This document shows positions 61,809 to 64,000 of a stretch of 64,000 nt of DNA, piece by piece. The position numbers and the translations under genes were made by a program. The DNA comes from Candidatus Latescibacterota bacterium (GTDB lineage Bacteria; Latescibacterota; UBA2968; UBA8231), in contig OY730476.1 in assembly GCA_963422735.1 (NCBI GenBank), positions 1,408,001 through 1,472,000 on the forward strand, given 5' to 3'. A model generated the notes under the pieces. That model was given only the letters and a program-made list of their open reading frames with translations. It did no database searches and was not told where the DNA came from. The first letter of the stretch is position 1, and each line of letters begins with the position of its first letter.

Positions 61809-62612
61809 ATGCGCATCATCCGCTTTATAGACGCTGACGACGCCGTCTGTTGGGGCCTTGAAGCCGAGGGAAGTCAAGCCTCCGTACTCACCGGCGATCC
61901 CTTCAAAGACCTAGTGCCCACGGGCGAACAGGTGGTCGTCAAAAGGCGACTCGCCCCGCTCGCCCCGACCAACATTTTCTGCATTGGGCTAAACTACCGA
62001 GAACACGCAGCCGAATCCGGCCTTGCGCCGCCCGATCAGCCCGTAGTTTTTGCCAAGCCCACAAGCGCGGTCTGCGGCTCGGGAGACGCGATCCTGCTGC
62101 CAGCCTGCTGTCGCCGCGGCCCGGAAGTTGACTACGAGTGCGAGCTCGCGGTGGTGATCGGCAAGGCCGCCCGCAACGTGGCTCGGGCCGACGCCCTCAG
62201 CTACGTATTTGGATACACGTGCGCCAACGATGTCTCGGCCCGCAAGTGGCAGCTAAACGGCGGCGGCGGCCAATGGATCCGCGGCAAGGGCTTTGACACC
62301 TTCTGCCCTTTGGGGCCGGTGCTGGTCACAGCCGACGAAGTTCCCGACCCGCAAACCCTCGGAATCCGCACGATCCTCAACGGCGCGACTATGCAAGACC
62401 ACACCACCGGCGACATGATCTTCACGGTCGCCGAGCTGATCGAATTCCTCAGCCAAGATACGACCTTACTGCCGGGCACGGTCATCCTCACCGGCACCCC
62501 GCAGGGCGTGGGTTTTGCGCGCAAACCGCCGGTGTGGCTCGCGGCCGGCGACGAGGTAATCGTGGAAATAGACCAGATCGGCCGGCTGCAAAACCCGGTG
62601 GAAGCGGCCTAG
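61809..62612 (+). CDS. Fumarylacetoacetate hydrolase family
   Basis: CIGLNY, DYECEL, ANDVSAR, GKGFDTFCP, TGTP. Confidence 0.93.
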   Translation: MRIIRFIDADDAVCWGLEAEGSQASVLTGDPFKDLVPTGEQVVVKRRLAPLAPTNIFCIGLNYREHAAESGLAPPDQPVVFAKPTSAVCGSGDAILLPACCRRGPEVDYECELAVVIGKAARNVARADALSYVFGYTCANDVSARKWQLNGGGGQWIRGKGFDTFCPLGPVLVTADEVPDPQTLGIRTILNGATMQDHTTGDMIFTVAELIEFLSQDTTLLPGTVILTGTPQGVGFARKPPVWLAAGDEVIVEIDQIGRLQNPVEAA

Positions 62613-62615
62613 CGT

Positions 62616-62936
62616 TCACGCTTCCTTGAACATCCCGAACGCAAAGGCTTCGGGTAACTCCTCGAAGATGATCTGCCCCCCATCGTCGGTCTCCAACAAC
62701 TGGGCCATGTAGTCGTACCACTTTTCCAAGATGGGAACTTGGCGGCTCTTGAGCCAGTCTTCCTCGGTGGGGGCAACCGCGTGGATGACGAGGTGTTCGC
62801 CCAAGCGGTAGATGGCCATGCTGACCTCGTTGTCGGTCATGCTCTCGGCGATTTCGGGCCACAGGTCGTCGTGGGCCTGTTTGTACTCGGCGTACGCATT
62901 GGGGCGCAGCCGCATGGCCAAGCCAATCGAATGCAT
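62616..62936 (-). CDS. L-rhamnose mutarotase family
   Basis: EYKQAHDDLWPE, KWYDYM. Confidence 0.75.
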   Translation of the reverse strand: MHSIGLAMRLRPNAYAEYKQAHDDLWPEIAESMTDNEVSMAIYRLGEHLVIHAVAPTEEDWLKSRQVPILEKWYDYMAQLLETDDGGQIIFEELPEAFAFGMFKEA

Positions 62937-63614
62937 AATGATCTCCTTAGACTTTAGGGAATTCGCTCCGTTTTGACGCAGATGGCGAAGCGGATTGATA
63001 AATATGCGGATTGATCAAGAGATATTCAGAAAATGCCGTAACGTTCTTTTTTTTCTATTCTTAGGCATTTTTTCCTTGACAATATATCACCTTAAAAGTG
63101 AAACTAAAAGGCAGTCAAAAACCGTGCAAGCAAACTGCACATCACCATAGAGAAGGAGGGCCTCGAAGAATGATTCTCTTCGCACGTCGATTCTCGCGTA
63201 TTCTCAAGAGCCAACTCCCCGATGGGAGCGGCCATACGGTCCCAAACATGCGGGCTACGAACTGCATCCGCGCGTTGCGCGTTCGTCCCAAGCCCTAGGA
63301 TATACGCACGACTCTTCAGGTTGCGTACATCGGCTGGCTAAAACACCCAGCCGAATCGGGGATTCACCTCGCATTCGCAATGTAATCGTCTCAGGCGATT
63401 GGCTGCGCGTGCCAGGGCTTTCCCACGGGGTTTTCGGGATAGCGCTTTCGATAAGGAGGGCACTTTTGCGTCCCGGAAACCGGCGATACATCGAACTCGA
63501 TACAGCCGCTTTCCAGCGGCTTTTTTGATGGCCGTGGCGCAAAAATGCTGCGGCTTTTTTCGTTGAATTTCGTCGAACTTCGCACCAATTGAAGATCTGG
63601 AGAGAAAACAACCC

Positions 63615-63869
63615 ATGCGCAAAATCGAGCCAGAACGCATCAAGCGCGCGGCGCGCATCTACGCGAGTAACCAAGAAGCCAGCCGCGCGCTGGGTATCGC
63701 CCCGGGCAGTTTCAGCCGGCTCTGCCGGCTCTACAACATCGAAACGCCCTATGCGCGCAAGCGCCGGCGGCGTGAGGAGTTCTTCCGCCAGCGCAACGCC
63801 GATCTCTTAGACATCGACATCGACCTGCAAGAGATGGAGGCGATAGAGGAGGTACTCGACCTCAACTAA
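63615..63869 (+). CDS. Small HTH DNA-binding protein
   Basis: EASRALGIAPGSFSRLCRLYNIETP; basic then acidic tail; GGAG RBS. Confidence 0.65.
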   Translation: MRKIEPERIKRAARIYASNQEASRALGIAPGSFSRLCRLYNIETPYARKRRRREEFFRQRNADLLDIDIDLQEMEAIEEVLDLN

Positions 63870-63894
63870 TAGGCATCGCATACCGCGCTCGGCC

Positions 63895-63942
63895 AGCGGG
63901 GAGCTGGTGGACTTTTCGTCCGCTAGCTCCCCGCTTTTTTAT
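63895..63942 (+). terminator. Rho-independent terminator
   Basis: agcggggagctggtggac-loop-gtccgctagctccccgct followed by a T-run. Confidence 0.85.
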
Positions 63943-64000
63943 TGCAAGCGGTGCGCGACGAGTCTTTTGAGGGCAATTGAGGGCAGTTGAAGGGAGAGGG

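Overview
GC-rich bacterial window with no rRNA, tRNA or CRISPR array visible. Gene content (sulfatases, two PhyH dioxygenases, a FlgD-Ig C-terminal domain, eukaryote-like repeat proteins, many pseudogenes) resembles Latescibacterota/Poribacteria-type carbohydrate degraders, possibly host-associated; this is inference only. The most notable system is a minus-strand bacterial microcompartment (BMC) operon at 52975-61671. It has AldDH, one pentamer, PduL and a DHDPS/NanA-family lyase as apparent signature enzyme, plus a Cys-rich protein sharing an N-terminal domain with that lyase. It also encodes a four-BMC-domain shell protein overlapping a two-domain one; a single base deletion would fuse them into a six-domain chain. 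A divergent FAH hydrolase and an L-rhamnose mutarotase flank it. Other signals: a 289-bp IS1595/ISNha5-like MITE with a 15x heptamer array and an 8-bp target duplication inside an mrr gene (partial second copy at the end of a GIY-YIG gene); a decayed integrase-less attC cassette cluster; a 113-bp identical tract in two permease paralogs; and broad decay of defence/TA genes. All calls come from motif recognition by eye, without database searches.
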